NCBI GenBank assembly: GCA_002269645.1
Contig: NIVC01000254.1
Span: 248,001-312,000, forward strand
DNA from: Macrostomum lignano
Lineage: Eukaryota
Length of the DNA: 64,000 nt
Reading direction: 5' to 3'
Within the stretch, counting starts at the first letter, position 1, and every line of letters starts with the position of its first letter. Below the pieces are notes generated by a model. It ran no database searches and was not told where the DNA came from. It saw nothing but the letters and a program-made list of their open reading frames with translations. Position numbers and translations under genes: made by a program. Positions 51,177-64,000 of the stretch are shown one piece after another.

Positions 51177-53348
51177 TTGATGCCAGCGATGCCAGTGACA
51201 GCTTTTATACACACCCAAAAGTTGGTTATTATTAGGGTCTTAACAGAAAGCGACGATAAACGGCGCGAACAATACTATCGGCAGCAGGAACTACTGTGGA
51301 GCTGTTGGCGAACCGAAGAGCAAGCAAAGGGATCGCATGCAAGCTGGCGCGAGGCCTACGAGGCGATGATGCAAACGGAAGCTTGTCAGCTGGTTGTGCG
51401 CGATTTGGACGACCTGCGCAACGATGAAGCCGACGAGGAGGAACGCGAAGCAGTCGCCGATTTGCCAGACATGACTGCCGCAAATGCCGAATCAGTTGCT
51501 GGTCCAGCTTATCCGGAGCGTCAGCAAGAGGATTGGATGGCAGCACTGGGTGCAAAGCATGCGGACATTCAGCTGAATGTCAACAAGAATCCGGAAGATA
51601 CTCTGCCAGTTGCGCCAGAAGGTTTCGATTGGAGTGCTGCTTCAGATTGGCAATTTCCGAGTCTGGCAGAGCCGAAGCAGTTTTTAATGACCGAACTGAC
51701 TAAGCCTGTTAGACGTGTAGCTGGAATTACCACCGAAGATGTTGCAGGCGCTAATCGTCAAACAATTGACGTTTCACTGCTTAATGAGAGACAGCGAAAG
51801 CTCTACGACATGATTGACAATCAATTGAAGCTTGAACGGCTGGCCGAAAGTGACACTACTAACAATACTACTGAGTCGGGAAAGATGCCTCCACCACTGC
51901 GAGTAATTTTGTATGGCAGCACTGCAACAGGCAAGAGTTTTCTGATTGCTGCACTACGAAAATTGATTGGCGAGGACAAGTGCAAAGTATTGGCACCGAC
52001 TGGTGTGGCTGCGTTCAACATTGCTGGCGAGACACTGCATTCAGCGTTGAAGTTGAACGTAAAGTTTTCGACTACGGCCTGTACTACTAATGCTGACGGT
52101 TCAAAGACTTCGGGCAGCAGCAAGGCATTGTCAGACATGCAATCGGTATGGTCAAATGTGCCGTACATAATCATTGACGAGTTTAGCATGGTTGGCCAAA
52201 GGACACTGGCCAAGGTGCTCAACCGTCTGTGCGAACTGTTTCCTGAGGAGAAGCGAGACACGCTTGAAGAAGGATATTTCGGCGGACGGTCAATCATTTT
52301 GGTTGGCGATGTGTTTCAGCTGCCTCCCGTGCAAGACAAACAGCTGTATGTGTTTAACAAGAATGCTAAAGATAATTTGACACCGATTGGCTATCAAGTG
52401 TATCAGAGTTTCAAAACGGTTGTTTATCTAAACAAGCAGGTGCGTCAAGCAAATGACACAGAGTTTGCCAGCATTCTAGAGTCTCTTCGCGAAGGCAAAG
52501 TAACCGAAGCCATTTGGAAGACTGTAATGGACAAGTGTCAAGTAGCAGCTGCAGACATGCTACCGCTAGATGTTGATGGCAAATGCACGCTATTGTACCA
52601 CACAAATGAAGATGTGTCTAATGCAAACTGTGAGGAGCTGCGAAAAATTGTCGATGATAACAATCCGGTGCGGATAATCAATGCAACTTGTACTGGAAGG
52701 CAACCGCTGACTGGCAGCCATGCTGATAATAGCAAACAGAAATCGGAGACAGGCCTAGCCAGGCGACTATTTCTGGCGATTGGAGCCCGCGTGATGTTGA
52801 CTCGGAATCTATCTGTGCAAAATAGCCTGGTGAATGGCTCGGTTGGTACGGTTCGTGGCATCTGTTATGCGAATGGAAAGAAGCCGCCAAACGATTTGCC
52901 CGACTGCGTTTGGGTTGAATTCGAGCGCTACAATGGCCCGGCAATGCAAGCCATGCGGCTGACCAGAGGAGATGGTAGTAGCAGCAGCAGCAGCAGCAGC
53001 GAGTGTGCGTCATCAGTTTCTGTTGTGCCAATTCTGCCAGTGTCGAGCCAGTGGCTTTAGCGAGGCGCCAGCTTGTCGAGACAGCAGTTTCCGCTGAGGC
53101 TAGCCTGGGCAATCACTATTCACAAGTCGCAAGGCCTAACGATTGACAAGGCGTTTGTACAGCTGGGTAAGGGCCGCAAGTCGCCGCCAGCAGGTCTGTA
53201 CTACACTGCCGTGAGTAGAGTTCGTGCCTTGTCTGATCTGTTTGTTACCTGTTGCGATTTCGTTAGATTTCAGCGCCTATTTTCTACAGGTGGTATTCTG
53301 GAACAGGTAAATGAGCAGAAGCGTTTATTAGCTTTGTGCGAGAAATGA
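51177..53348 (+). pseudogene. PIF1-family SF1 helicase, probably Helitron-type; in-frame TAG at 53058-53060
   Basis: GSTATGKS, APTGVAAFNI, DEFSM, GDVFQLPPV, VMLTRNL...LVNG and QFPLRLAWAITIHKSQG. No Rep/HUH domain is visible in the window. Confidence 0.88.
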
Positions 53349-53454
53349 GCCAGCAGCAATTGGCGTTGTTGATATTATAGTAATGTAGTTATTAGTCACT
53401 CCGTATTGAGTGGGTGTTACGCGCAGCGAAAATCTAGCGTTGACGTTCTACACA

Positions 53455-54470
53455 GCAGACATGGCAATATTGCGTTTATTTACATCACTACTAGAAAGTA
53501 GTCGCCTACCATGCAAGGTTAGATTTTTCTGCGCATAATCTTATGCCTATTGTCAACGCTAGTGCATGGTGGGCCAGGATTTTAGAAATTTATATAAGTC
53601 GTTGATAATGGAATTCCATTCCATTGCCTAGCCTCATTAATTATGAGTGTCAAGGCTCTTTTCAAGGTTGCTCTTGTTTAGCACAAATTCTCTTGCATTC
53701 TGCAGGCTGTGATAATTTCAGCATTATTCAGCAGACAGAATAGTGTGTTAAGCATTCGCGCCTTAGAAGGTGGGCAATCGTGAGGTGAAAAGCTTTCCTA
53801 GCTGTGATATAGTATACTGTTCGGATAGATAGGTTTATGCACAGTAGGCAATGCAGTACTGCGGTATATAGCTTAGGAAAGTTGAGATGTGTGCCAAATG
53901 ATTAAATAATTGCCTCTGCTCATTAAGTATGGGCAGTATGGCGGTCTACTGTGCACTTTGTTCGCCCTTGTGTGACACACCACTATTGCGTTTTGCCTAC
54001 TCATAATGTGACACTATTCAAACGTTATCCAGTTGCAAGATGCGTGTCACTCATGCGCCTTAGAAGGTGGGCGTTCGAATTTCATAAAGTTGCCGACGAT
54101 AGTGCACAGTAGACAATGCAGTACTGCGGAGATACGACTCTCGATTATTTGCCTAGACTCATTAGGTATGAGTACTATGGCGGCTTGCTATGCACGTGGT
54201 TGCATTCGGGTAGCACCTTATTGCGTGCTACTCGTTCGCCTTAGAAGGTGGGCAATCGATTTATGGTTTAAATACCAGAACTTTGATGTCGGCATTAGTT
54301 TGTGCATAGCAGGCACTGCAATATTGCGATGGCCTATGGCCTAGGTAGGAAACAAATTGCCGTGGCTCATTAGAATGAGTTCATTGGCGGTCTTGGGCAG
54401 CAGCACTGTATACTGTTGTATTCAGCATGCAGAAAAGTGTGCTGCCCATTCGCCTTAAGCGTGCAATCGT
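53455..54470 (+). repeat. Degenerate repeats of about 190-300 bp with conserved palindromes
   Basis: CGCCTTAGAAGGTGGGC near 53758, 54056 and 54236; recurring GCAGTACTGC/GCAATATTGC and CTCAT..ATGAG. Confidence 0.7.
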
Positions 54471-55583
54471 TATTAATCTATTGGTGAATTGGCTGCGCGT
54501 AACATCGCCCGCAAAATGTGCAGTAAAGGTCCGTCAAAGTGTGAGCGGCATCGTTTGGCATTGCTTTGATATTGCTTAAACAAATAATAGTTTGCCTACC
54601 AAACAAAAAGGCTATTTTACTTTTGAAATATTTATGATTGATAAAATATCCTCTTCTACCGATTAGCTATTCGATGCACGACGCTTTGAGTTTTAGACAC
54701 AGTCTTTTATTTGAAAAATATTTTAAACAGCTGCTTTATGAACAATTATGAATACAACTGTGTCTAATTATGGACTTATCACGCAAAGTTGCCCTGCCTT
54801 ATCGAGGCATGCAACGTGATCATCTGTTTACTGCAAAGTCGTATCCAATGGCTTCACGAGCCTGCGGGTGTTACGCCGTTCTTTAGAAGTCAAGAGTCTA
54901 TAATAATTCTTATGTTCTGCGGAACATGTTAAAACTCTTGTCTCTAAGTTTTGGCAACAGAATTGGAACGACGCAAGTGTAATTAATGACTTTGATTGAA
55001 TTTTATTACCACTATTCGATATAATTTGACAATTTAGGTATTGTAAACTACAAGCAACTTAAATAATTTTCCGATTCACTAATTTAATTAACTAAGTAGA
55101 CCACATAAACGAATAAAACTTATAATATATTATTCCTTGAAAATTTGTTATGCTAGATTATACTAAGACATAGTTTTACTAGGCCTCGGTCTTTTGAGAT
55201 TTTTGTGTGTGAAATGTTTTTTTATACTTTTTTATACGCTAAATATGATGCCAATGTTTGTCAGAATCAGAATTCAGTGAGTCAGTTCTTCTCCATAATT
55301 GTTACAATGCATTTCTTGTGGAAAGGGCTACTTGACCTTTGCAGAAAAGTAGTTTTTATTTTTAGCTTTCATCTTTTTAGCATTGAAATCTCCTAGCCAC
55401 GATAAAATTATCTTCACGAAAAAATTTCTGATCTAATAGTGCAAGTTTCAAGACAATCGGTTCACACATTGTCAAATTGAGCCAAAATTCGTATAGATAG
55501 ATACATAGATTGGTAGACAGTTTTATTTTTAGTATAACTGAATGATGATGACTAGTCATTTGGTTTGTATTTTCTGCTTTCAG

Positions 55584-56610
55584 ATGTCGCAATTTTATTT
55601 TTATATTGGTGGTGTCGGCCATGATGACGGTCGCGTCGGTGGCGGCGGCGGTGGCCCTGGCGGCGGTGGCGGCTGTGGCGGTGGCCCCGGTGGCGGCGGC
55701 GGTGGCCCTGGCGGTGGTGGCGGCGGTGGCTTCCGCGGCGGTGGCGGCGGTGGCCCCCGCGGCGGTGGCGGCGGTGGCCCCGGTGGCGGCGGCGGTGCCC
55801 TGGCGGCGGTGGCGGCGGTGGCTCTGGCGCCGGTGGCCCCCGCGGCGGTGGCGGCGGTGGCGGCGGTGGCCCCCAAGGCGGTGGCCCTGGTGGCAGTGGC
55901 GGCGGTGGCCCTGGCGGCGGTGGCGGCGGTGGCGCCCGGGGCGGTGGCGGCCGTGGCGGTGTTGGCGGCGGTGGCGGTGACAGGAGGAAAAGTTATCGTG
56001 AGTAAAGCTTACACTAAATTTTCAATTTTAGCAGTCTAAAAACAAAAAATTGTTAGAATTATTGCATTTTTACATCATCTTAGTTAACGTAAGCAACCTT
56101 TTTTCCAATTTTAAATTTGTAGGATGTTATCGATGTAAAGTTCTCGGGCACCTTGCCCGAGAATGTAGAGTAATACGACGCAAGGTAAGTTCATGTGCAA
56201 ATGTATTTGTTTACTCTCATCACAATATACTAAATCTCTAAGATCTGTCTGTCTGTCTGTCTTTAATGTCTAAATCCTTTAAAGACGTTATAGCTGGAAA
56301 AGCTTGTGTTTGAATTTTAAGCACACAAAATTTGTGACTAACTGAAACTGAGAATAAAAATTGATATTTAATTTAATTTAGGCCCTTGCTACAGCTGCTC
56401 CTGCTGCAGCTGCTACTGCTGCAGCAAATAGTGCGCCGACTGCTCGTGCGGCAGCAGCACGTGCGGCGATTGCACGTGCTGCTGCCGCACGGGCGGCAGC
56501 TACTCCAGCTGCGGCTGCTGCCGTCCCGACTCCTGCCGTCCCGACTCCTGCCGTCCCGACTACTGCTGCTGCTGCTTCTAATGTGACTGGGACTGGGGCT
56601 GGGGCTATGG
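55584..56610 (+). CDS. Gly-rich (RGG-like) + CCHC zinc knuckle + Ala-rich protein; exons 55584-55997, 56123-56184, 56382-about 56610
   Basis: GT-AG phases join to give ...GGDRRKSYRCYRCKVLGHLARECRVIRRKALATAAP. One 1-nt deletion near 55797 shifts the Gly frame. The 3' end is overwritten by a Gypsy fragment. Confidence 0.55.
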
Positions 56611-58140
56611 CACGACGCATCATGCTATGGAGTAGGTGCTGTTCTGACACACACGCTAAAAGACTCGGAAGAGAAGCCTATGTGCTATGCATCCTGAAGT
56701 TTATCTAAAGCGGAGCGCAACTACTCTCAGATTGAGAAGGAAGGTTTTGCCATCGTGTTCGCGGTAAAGAAATTTCATCAATATCTCTATGGGCGCCAGT
56801 TTATCCTGGTAACTGATCATAAGCCTCTGGTCACGATTTTTGGGCCTAAGAACAACATACCCAGCATTGCCGCCAGCCCTTTACAAAGATGAGCAGTAAT
56901 TCTTTCAGCCTACAGCTTTGAAATTCGGTACCGACGAACGGAAGACCACGGGAATGCGGATGCCTTATCCAGACTGCCCACTTCCGAATTTCAAGGAGCA
57001 GATGGTGCTGTGTTCCAGAATAGGATAGACGCGCAACCGATCGACTTCAATGACTTAAGAAGAGCCACTTCGAATGACCCCTTGCTGTCGCGAGTTCGTC
57101 GCTACTGCAGAGCTGATTGGCCAGAATCAGTGGAGGCAGAGTTAAAGCCATTTCATAGCCGGAGGCATGAGCTGAGCGTGGAAGATGGAGTTCTATTCTG
57201 GGGAATTTGGATAATAATTCCATCAGTATTAAAAAGTCACTTACAATACTTGGCTGTTGCTCGTGGACGCCACAACAAAATGGGTGGTAATCTTCCCAAT
57301 GAGATCGGCGACCACTTATAACACCATCAACAGACTCCAAGAGACGTTCGCTCGTTACGGATATCCGAAGCACATTCTTACAGACAACGGATCCCAATTT
57401 ATTGCAAAGGAGTTCAAGGACTACTTAAGGAGTCGCGGAATTGTACAAGTTCTAACATCAATTGGGCATCCACGCTCAAATGGGCAGGCCGAAAGGATGG
57501 TGCAAACAGCAAAGCGAGCTTTAAGGGCTGAGATGAAGAGAAGCCATGATGCTATAGAAAGCATTAATGCCTTCTTGGCACGATACCGCATGACGCCCCA
57601 TTCTACTACTGGGAAGTCTCCTGCTGAAATGATGCTCAAATACTCAATACGAACCAAACTCAGCATACTTCATCCAGACACGGACCAGCGAGTCGCCGAG
57701 AAGCAGCATCAACAGAAAATACAGCATGACGCAAGAGTCAGTCCGAAAATCAGAGAGTTCAAGCAAGGCGACAACGTGCTAACGTTGGACTTTAGAAGAC
57801 AAGCGGAGGACAAATGGGCTGAGGGAACAATTCTTCGACGCCGAGCCCCGCTATCATATCTAGGGAAGGTGGGCCCCATGGTCTGGAAACGACATGGGGA
57901 CCACATACTGCCTTCTAGTGTTGCAGAGCAACCCTAGACGATCACGGACGAGGTACTGGAACATTTAATCGGCAAGCCTCAACCCGAAGAAAAGGCAACA
58001 CAGTTGGACAAATGTCAACCTGTTCCACAACCGGATCAAGCTACCAAGATCGTCATGCCGTTAGTGCGTCGACGTCGCTATCAACATGAGGACGTGCGAC
58101 TAACTGAAACGCGATTGAGGCCTCAAGGGACCGTGACCTG
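56611..58140 (+). pseudogene. pol: Gypsy (Mag-like) RNase H-integrase fragment, decayed and internally deleted
   Basis: [36 protein letters not shown] and TDNGSQF...SNGQAERMVQT; stops at 56696 and near 56890. Confidence 0.88.
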
Positions 58141-58217
58141 AATAGTATTTTATTAAGATGCGATCTTTAAAAAAACGTACAGGGAGTTAACAATTTTTTT
58201 TTCAAAGGGGTGACATA

Positions 58218-58410
58218 TGTGGTATATGATCCTATGTGTCTCTCTTTTCGGCCATAGACTTATTTTGTTATGATTCTGCTCTGACACTTTCTTTGAAGTA
58301 CTAAGCTGCGAGCTGTTTTAAAGAAAAAGGAAAACAGGAAGAAATATACTCTCGCGCGAACTCTAAACGAAAGAGCATCCTGGAATTCATTACGGAAACC
58401 GGATGCTACA
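58218..58410 (+). repeat. Probable 3' LTR of the Gypsy fragment
   Basis: TGTGG...CTACA following an AAAGGGG purine tract; no partner LTR in the window. Confidence 0.4.
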
Positions 58411-58494
58411 CATAGTTACCTCAAACAAAGGATCTTTGAATGCGATATTCCTCACTAGAGAATAGTCTCTAGTTACCTTGATGGTAGGGAAATT

Positions 58495-58690
58495 CAAATC
58501 CAGGTAGGTGGAGCTGTCAGCAAGGGCTTCGAGATGGCTGCAGGAGTCCTTCAGGGCGATGTGCTCTCACCGCTCTTGTTTATCATCTACGTCAGCACCA
58601 TAACTAGACCGCTGGACAACCGGGTTAAGTTTAATCAATTCGCTGATGACCTTGATGTCTCGGCCAGAGCCAGAATCCATCCAGATTGTC
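58495..58690 (+). pseudogene. Non-LTR reverse transcriptase fragment
   Basis: SKGF...GVLQGDVLSPLLFIIY...FADD. Confidence 0.82.
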
Positions 58691-58901
58691 TGCAAAAATG
58701 CTCAACAGTTACTTTACCACTCTGAAGAAATATCACCAGAACCCTTATGTTTGAGATCTTGATAGAAGCTAACATAAGTCAGGTGCAAATCTCATTTATA
58801 GTTAAGTTTCAAAACAGAAAAGCAAATGAGTAGTACAGATTCAAATCTCATTTACTCTTGATGTAGTAACACTTTAACACTTTCAACAATTATTAAGGAG
58901 T

Positions 58902-60075
58902 ATGCCGCCGAAAGGACCTGGAAGGAAGCCTAAACGCGCTACCTACGGGCGTCCATTCGAGTCTAAAACGAAGCCGCCAGCCGCCGCTATTGATTGCAAG
59001 ACAGGTGAACCTGCTGCTGCTGCTGCTGCTGCTACTGCTCTTGAGCCTGAATCAAGCACACCTGCTGTCGCTACTGTTGTATCGGAAGTTACGAATTTCG
59101 CAGTTGCTGCTGCTGCTTCTGGTGGTTCTGACAATGTTGTTGCTGCTTTGAAGGAGAGTGGATTGTGTGACGAAACTCGTGGTAAGCTTGTGTTACTCCT
59201 TGCCATTGCCAACTTTCACATACGAATAGATTGTAACGGAACTGGAATAGTTGGATTCAGATGTCATGAAAGTTGGATGATAAAGTTTAGAATGCTGTTT
59301 TAATGTATATGCTTGAATTATAAGCCTATAACTTAGTATTATACTCACCCTAATGTGCTTCAGACTGCCCAATTGCTGTTTTCGTGTCTACTACTGATGA
59401 ATTAGCAGGACAACAAGCTGAATTGGACGAAGCTGCTGCTGCACTCAGAAAAGCAGGTTTTGGCCACACTGACGGTAAGCCCTGCCTTAGTTTAGTGTCT
59501 ATTTTGGGTGGCATAGTTTTTTTAAATCAAGATTTGAAATTTAATATAATAAATGCTAATATAGAATCTACAAGTATTAAGATTGGAATTTTTTGCCATA
59601 TCTCAGATTTCTCAATAGAGACATTCCACAACTGTTAATTTGTATTTTGTCAATGTAGCATTGTATTTGATTTGACAGACGTTGTTTTTTCAGTCTAAGT
59701 TCAATACTTTTTAGGGAAAAGCGATTTTGAAAAGTCATGGTTCGAACAAGGAATATTCTTTCATCAATATTTAAAGCGCCATTTTCGAACCAGTCTCGTT
59801 AGAGTATTTTTTGTTGGTTGGGTGGGTTTTTATGGAAAATTAAGATTAATAGTTTCAGTTTTGGAAGTGGGGTTTTCGGTAGTCAGTTAAGTCACTGCAG
59901 ATATAAGTTGTTTGAGGGTTGTAAAGCACTAGCACTATAGTTCTGTAAAAGCAGACAGACCAAGTGGTAAGCTGATCCAATTTTTTGTTACAAAAAGTGC
60001 ATGTCTTTTAACTTCAAAGGTATCGCGACTCTGGAAGACGACACAGAGGACCGAGTAGCATCACGTGTAGCATGA
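58902..60075 (+). CDS. Unknown spliced gene; exons 58902-59181, 59364-59474 and possibly 60020-60075
   Basis: ATG start; two G|GTAAGC donors with phase-1-compatible acceptors; basic N-terminus KGPGRKPKR and an Ala-rich linker. The last exon is speculative. Confidence 0.45.
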
Positions 60076-60104
60076 TCATCAATGTCTAAATTGTTAAAAT
60101 ATAA

Positions 60105-60232
60105 CCAAAATTTCGAAATGACTTTTGATGAATGGTGTCGAAATTCGAAATCGAAATCGAAATTATTTCGATGCAAAATTAGTTTCGAAATTCGGAATAT
60201 CGAAATCGAAATCGAATTTCGATCCATCACTA
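60105..60232. repeat. TCGAAA(T) cluster ending GATCCATCACTA; probable lone DNA-transposon/MITE end
   Basis: The motif cluster is read directly; no partner end was found. Confidence 0.4.
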
Positions 60233-62036
60233 TACCCAACAACAACAACCCAGTTAATAACCCTTACCCAACAAACAAACAAAGTGGATACTCCGCCCAA
60301 GGACACGGATGCTCTTCGACATGTGGCTAATTAGCACTAAATAATTAGCACCATGTTTGAGTTTTACGTTCTGTTAATACTATACAGTATATGGTTTAGT
60401 TGGACGGATAATACATTGAAAATTTGGCGGAACGTATTTAATATTAAAAAATATTGGTCATTAAGATAAATGTATATATATAAGCATGAAATATAAACCT
60501 ATATTTTTTTGTTAGAGAATAAAATCTTTCCTACAGTTTATGTACAGACTTTGTTTCAGTGATGAAAAAAAGATGGCTGCCGAAAAATTCAAGAATTAAG
60601 CGACGCGCAATTCTGGAATTAAACGACTTCGAATGAAAAGAAACTAACCTATCTTCTTCAAACATTGAAAATTTAATTTGCTAATACATTTCGCATCTGC
60701 ATTGCAGAATCAACCTTTTCATTTTATTGTTCGCATTATTGATATCTGCTTTATTTACCTCTGCATATATATATTACTTACTTTTAGTTACCTAAAGATA
60801 TTCCAAAAGTTTTATTTTTATTTTCTAAAATTTGGAATTTTAGGAGTGAATTTTATTTTCAAAAAATAAAAGTAAAGTAAAGTCAAAATTTTGGAACTAT
60901 ATAAAAGAGTGGCTAAAAATAAGCTAATTAGTGCTATAAATACATCTTTTGTTTTGTATAAGCAGTAAATCAAGAATAAAAAAGAGTTTTGGTTTAAGTA
61001 AACTTGTTTTTTTGCATTTTTATTTTAGAAAATTTTAATTACAATTTTGAAAATTTAGCAAATTTTAATTTCAATAGAAAATGCAATTAAAACATTGGAA
61101 AACATTGCAAAACATTGCAATTAAAACATCAGGTAGATGGCGCCATGTATAAAAATAAAGCACTAGGTGGATAACCACTCCCGTATAACATTTAGACGTT
61201 ACCCTAAGGTCCCAAATACGTCCCCAAATGTCGTCTAATTAAAATGGCCCTTTTCACACACAATTGCCATCTATATTATGTAGGAAATAATAGAAAAAGA
61301 ATAAAAAACAAGTAAAAAAAATTCCGTGCACCACAAACACTCTTTTTAAAAATGCGTTATATTAGAACGTTACTGATAAGCAATTTAAACGAGACAATGA
61401 TACGTAAAAAGTATAAAAGTTTAATTCTTTTTAAATCGAGTTTTTGTTGTTTTCAGAAATTCGATACTGTACTACAAAAGAATTTACACATATGTCACTG
61501 TTGTATTTTGACACTATTTTGTTGTCTTTAAGCTTCAAATCGCGCGCCCATAAGCAAATTACTCTTTGTTTATTTGCTTGTTACATGTTCCTCTTAGAAA
61601 TTTGAATGAAGTGTTTCTAGCTGACGCAGACTCCATGTGTGAGTGCAAGATGTGCATTTTTCTGCTGGATAGTGAATAATTATCGTTTTTTACTTCTTAA
61701 GTAAATTATATTAGTTGTGAAAGTAAACTTTGTATCTGGTTTCGATGTAATCGTCGTGTATATATAACTCATAAATTGACTGTTAGCTAAGTTACTTTTG
61801 CAATTTCGGAAGCTCAGTAGGGTAGGTAGGCCTTTATCTTATCTAGGCTCTATATATATTATTTGTTTTGATCTAGCTATGCTTATTTTCTTATAATTGT
61901 ATATTTCTAATTTCAGTTAGGCTCTCGTATGTTATGCAGCAATGATCAATGATCAATTTACTATTATGATTCTTAAAAGTTGAGCCTAGCTATAAGTATA
62001 AGTTAATTCAACTTTTAATCCACAATTCAAAATTAA

Positions 62037-62345
62037 ATGGCATCTAATAGACATAAAAAGGCTGCAAATCAGTTAATGCAGTTAAGTGCACACTTAGTTA
62101 CATCTTCTAGTGAATCTGATTCTACTGATAGTATTAATAATGACAATTCAACTGCTAATGATTATCAACTCCAAGACCAAAATATCATCTCAGGTGTAAT
62201 ATCTGATTCTAATAATAGTTCTAGTGAAGATGCTTTGGAAGAAGAAGTTGAAGTTGCTATTAGTAATAATGATGTTAGTAGCAGTGGCAGTAGTAATGAA
62301 AGTTTTGGTAGTTCTATAGACCAAGAGTCTAATAATCAAGACTAG
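62037..62345 (+). other. Ser/acidic low-complexity ORF, possibly a transposase N-terminus
   Basis: 102-aa ATG ORF rich in S, D, E and N; no diagnostic motif. Confidence 0.25.
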
Positions 62346-64000
62346 CAATCTAGCGCCCCCCCTTCGGGGTGGCCAATAAGCAAGGGACGAATCCTTTAAA
62401 ATAAAAAGAATTCTTAGGGAGGGGGCTAGGAATCGAATTCTCATTTTAATTCTGGCCCTGGGGCTTATGTACCAAGGAAACATGCTTGTTTAGAATTAAA
62501 AAAACTGACAATTCAACCTACTTGCCTTCTTTCAGAGCAATAGCGTACTTCTTCTGTTGCGGTGCAAGCAGTACGCTCTGCAACAGCTGGAAAAGCAACT
62601 ACAGCTAAAAAAAAATTGTTTCCCAAAGGCCAAAGGCAACAGTTGCCTATCATGCAGGGAGTCACTGGCGTTGCACCAATTTTAATGATGTCTGCTGTTA
62701 ACTGTTTTAACGGTTACAGACAAAAACATTGTGTCGACAATGTTATTGTATTTGGAGCCAGTGTGGTTATTTGATAGTGGATATTGCCTAGTACAATGAC
62801 GTATAATTAATTGGTTTGACTTGCTAAAAGTATTGTTTCCGTAATTTAGATTTTGTACTTTTGTACTTTTAAAATTGCGACTCAAATACCAATATTTTCC
62901 CACAGCCTAATTTCCTTTTAGCTACAGTTCTTTTTTGCAGTTTGCATGTGCTCCTAACCCTTTTCATCTTTATTCTCTCATACGGTAATTAAAACGCAAT
63001 TTTATTTTAAGTCACTCGCCACTCAACTCTAGTAAGTTATTTTACGACTTTGGTTTGACCCATTTTGCAAATCATGCATACAACTTTGAAATACATGGAT
63101 TCACAGCTCTGGTTAACTGATGCAATATATCTGTGCGACTCCTACACTAAATTCTTCATCGACATATTCAACTCCACTTGATTAATTCCTTAACTGCGAA
63201 ACAAGTTTGTGATTAATGTATATATTTTTAACGTAATAAAAACGAACCTGTGCTTGGGCCGCTTTCACTCTTATTACCCCAGATAATAGGGAATAGGGGG
63301 CATAAGCCAGTGTACTTAGCATGTACTGCGCTTTGGAAAAAATTCGACATCGTTGGCGCCCTAGTAAAGAGGCTTGTTAAAAAATTCTCAACCAAACTTT
63401 TCTAGCTGCCTGACAAGACTGTACTATCATATACGCCTACCCATTCCCCCAGGGGGACACGCCAGTGTACTTAGCAACGTACAGTGTCGGAATAACTTCT
63501 TCATTTGCGCCCCAGCCGGTGGAGAGGGGCGCAGTCAGTAATTAGCGGAAACAAGTACAACAAAGTATATACTACGCTCATAACTACATATACTTAAAGT
63601 ACATGTAAAACACTGCAACCTGCAGCTACCATATTGATCACACACCCAGACCTGTACATTTGAAGCAATCTAACTAACAAAAAATCAGAATGGCTGACAA
63701 TAAATATTTTAGTATATAAAATTTTCATTCTTCTTTACAGTCACAAATTAGGGAGCAGTCTCCCATTAATTAGTACTCAATAATCCTTTCCTCTGCGTAT
63801 TCAGACGAAAACAAGAAAAACTCTGCACTGTAATGTTAATAGCAAATTTAAAAACGCAATCAAATGCAAGTAGTCATTTTATTTACTCCGTATATTTACA
63901 ATTGCAAAGTCATAAAAGGATAAGAACTAAGATGTTTTTGCAGAAGGCTTCGCCAACAAGATGGTACTGTAGTGACCTTCGCGAAAGTTCTATACCGTAT

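Noticed and set aside
51177-53348. Host nuclear PIF1 ortholog
   Set aside because: The nearly intronless ORF, the LLW..WR pre-helicase motif, the internal stop and the TE-dense context favour a transposon-derived helicase, so no gene symbol is given.
60105-60232. Heat-shock element array
   Set aside because: The GAA/TTC spacing does not follow nGAAnnTTCn.
62480-63250. Possible minus-strand transposase remnant (CxxC-like pieces)
   Set aside because: Many stops and no diagnostic motif, so it cannot be supported.

Overview
Eukaryotic (metazoan) genomic DNA, not prokaryotic. It has GT-AG spliced genes, introns filled with satellites and heavily nested transposons. The style resembles flatworm genomes such as Macrostomum, but that is inference only. 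1-6.4 kb: two (TAAC)n arrays and a minus-strand secreted PAN/apple + C-type lectin gene. 7.2-16.1 kb: a complete 6-exon mitochondrial citrate synthase gene (minus strand, 461 aa by my exon count), with a different tandem repeat in each intron. 16-20.5 kb: AT-rich, CpG-poor decayed DNA. 20.6-35.2 kb: a full-length Ty3/Gypsy element (about 1.03 kb near-identical LTRs, GTTT TSD). It is disabled and carries a nested MITE, a 41-bp array and an apparently intact hAT-like transposon with a 7-bp TSD. 36.4-39.7 kb: a gag fragment, a non-LTR RNase H fragment, and an LTR flanked by both a PPT and a PBS. 39.7-46.1 kb: a Mutator-like transposase/SWIM reading frame that runs into a ubiquitin-specific protease (C19) domain and is split by a young Mag-type Gypsy element. 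47-64 kb: EnSpm/CMC and MULE fragments, a PIF1-like (Helitron-type) helicase, a Gly-rich/CCHC gene, Gypsy and LINE fragments, and an unknown 3-exon gene. The best candidates for novelty are the MULE-SWIM-USP fusion and a roughly 260-nt covarying structured module, with internal tRNA-Leu PBS-like motifs, shared by three diverged LTR-type sequences.
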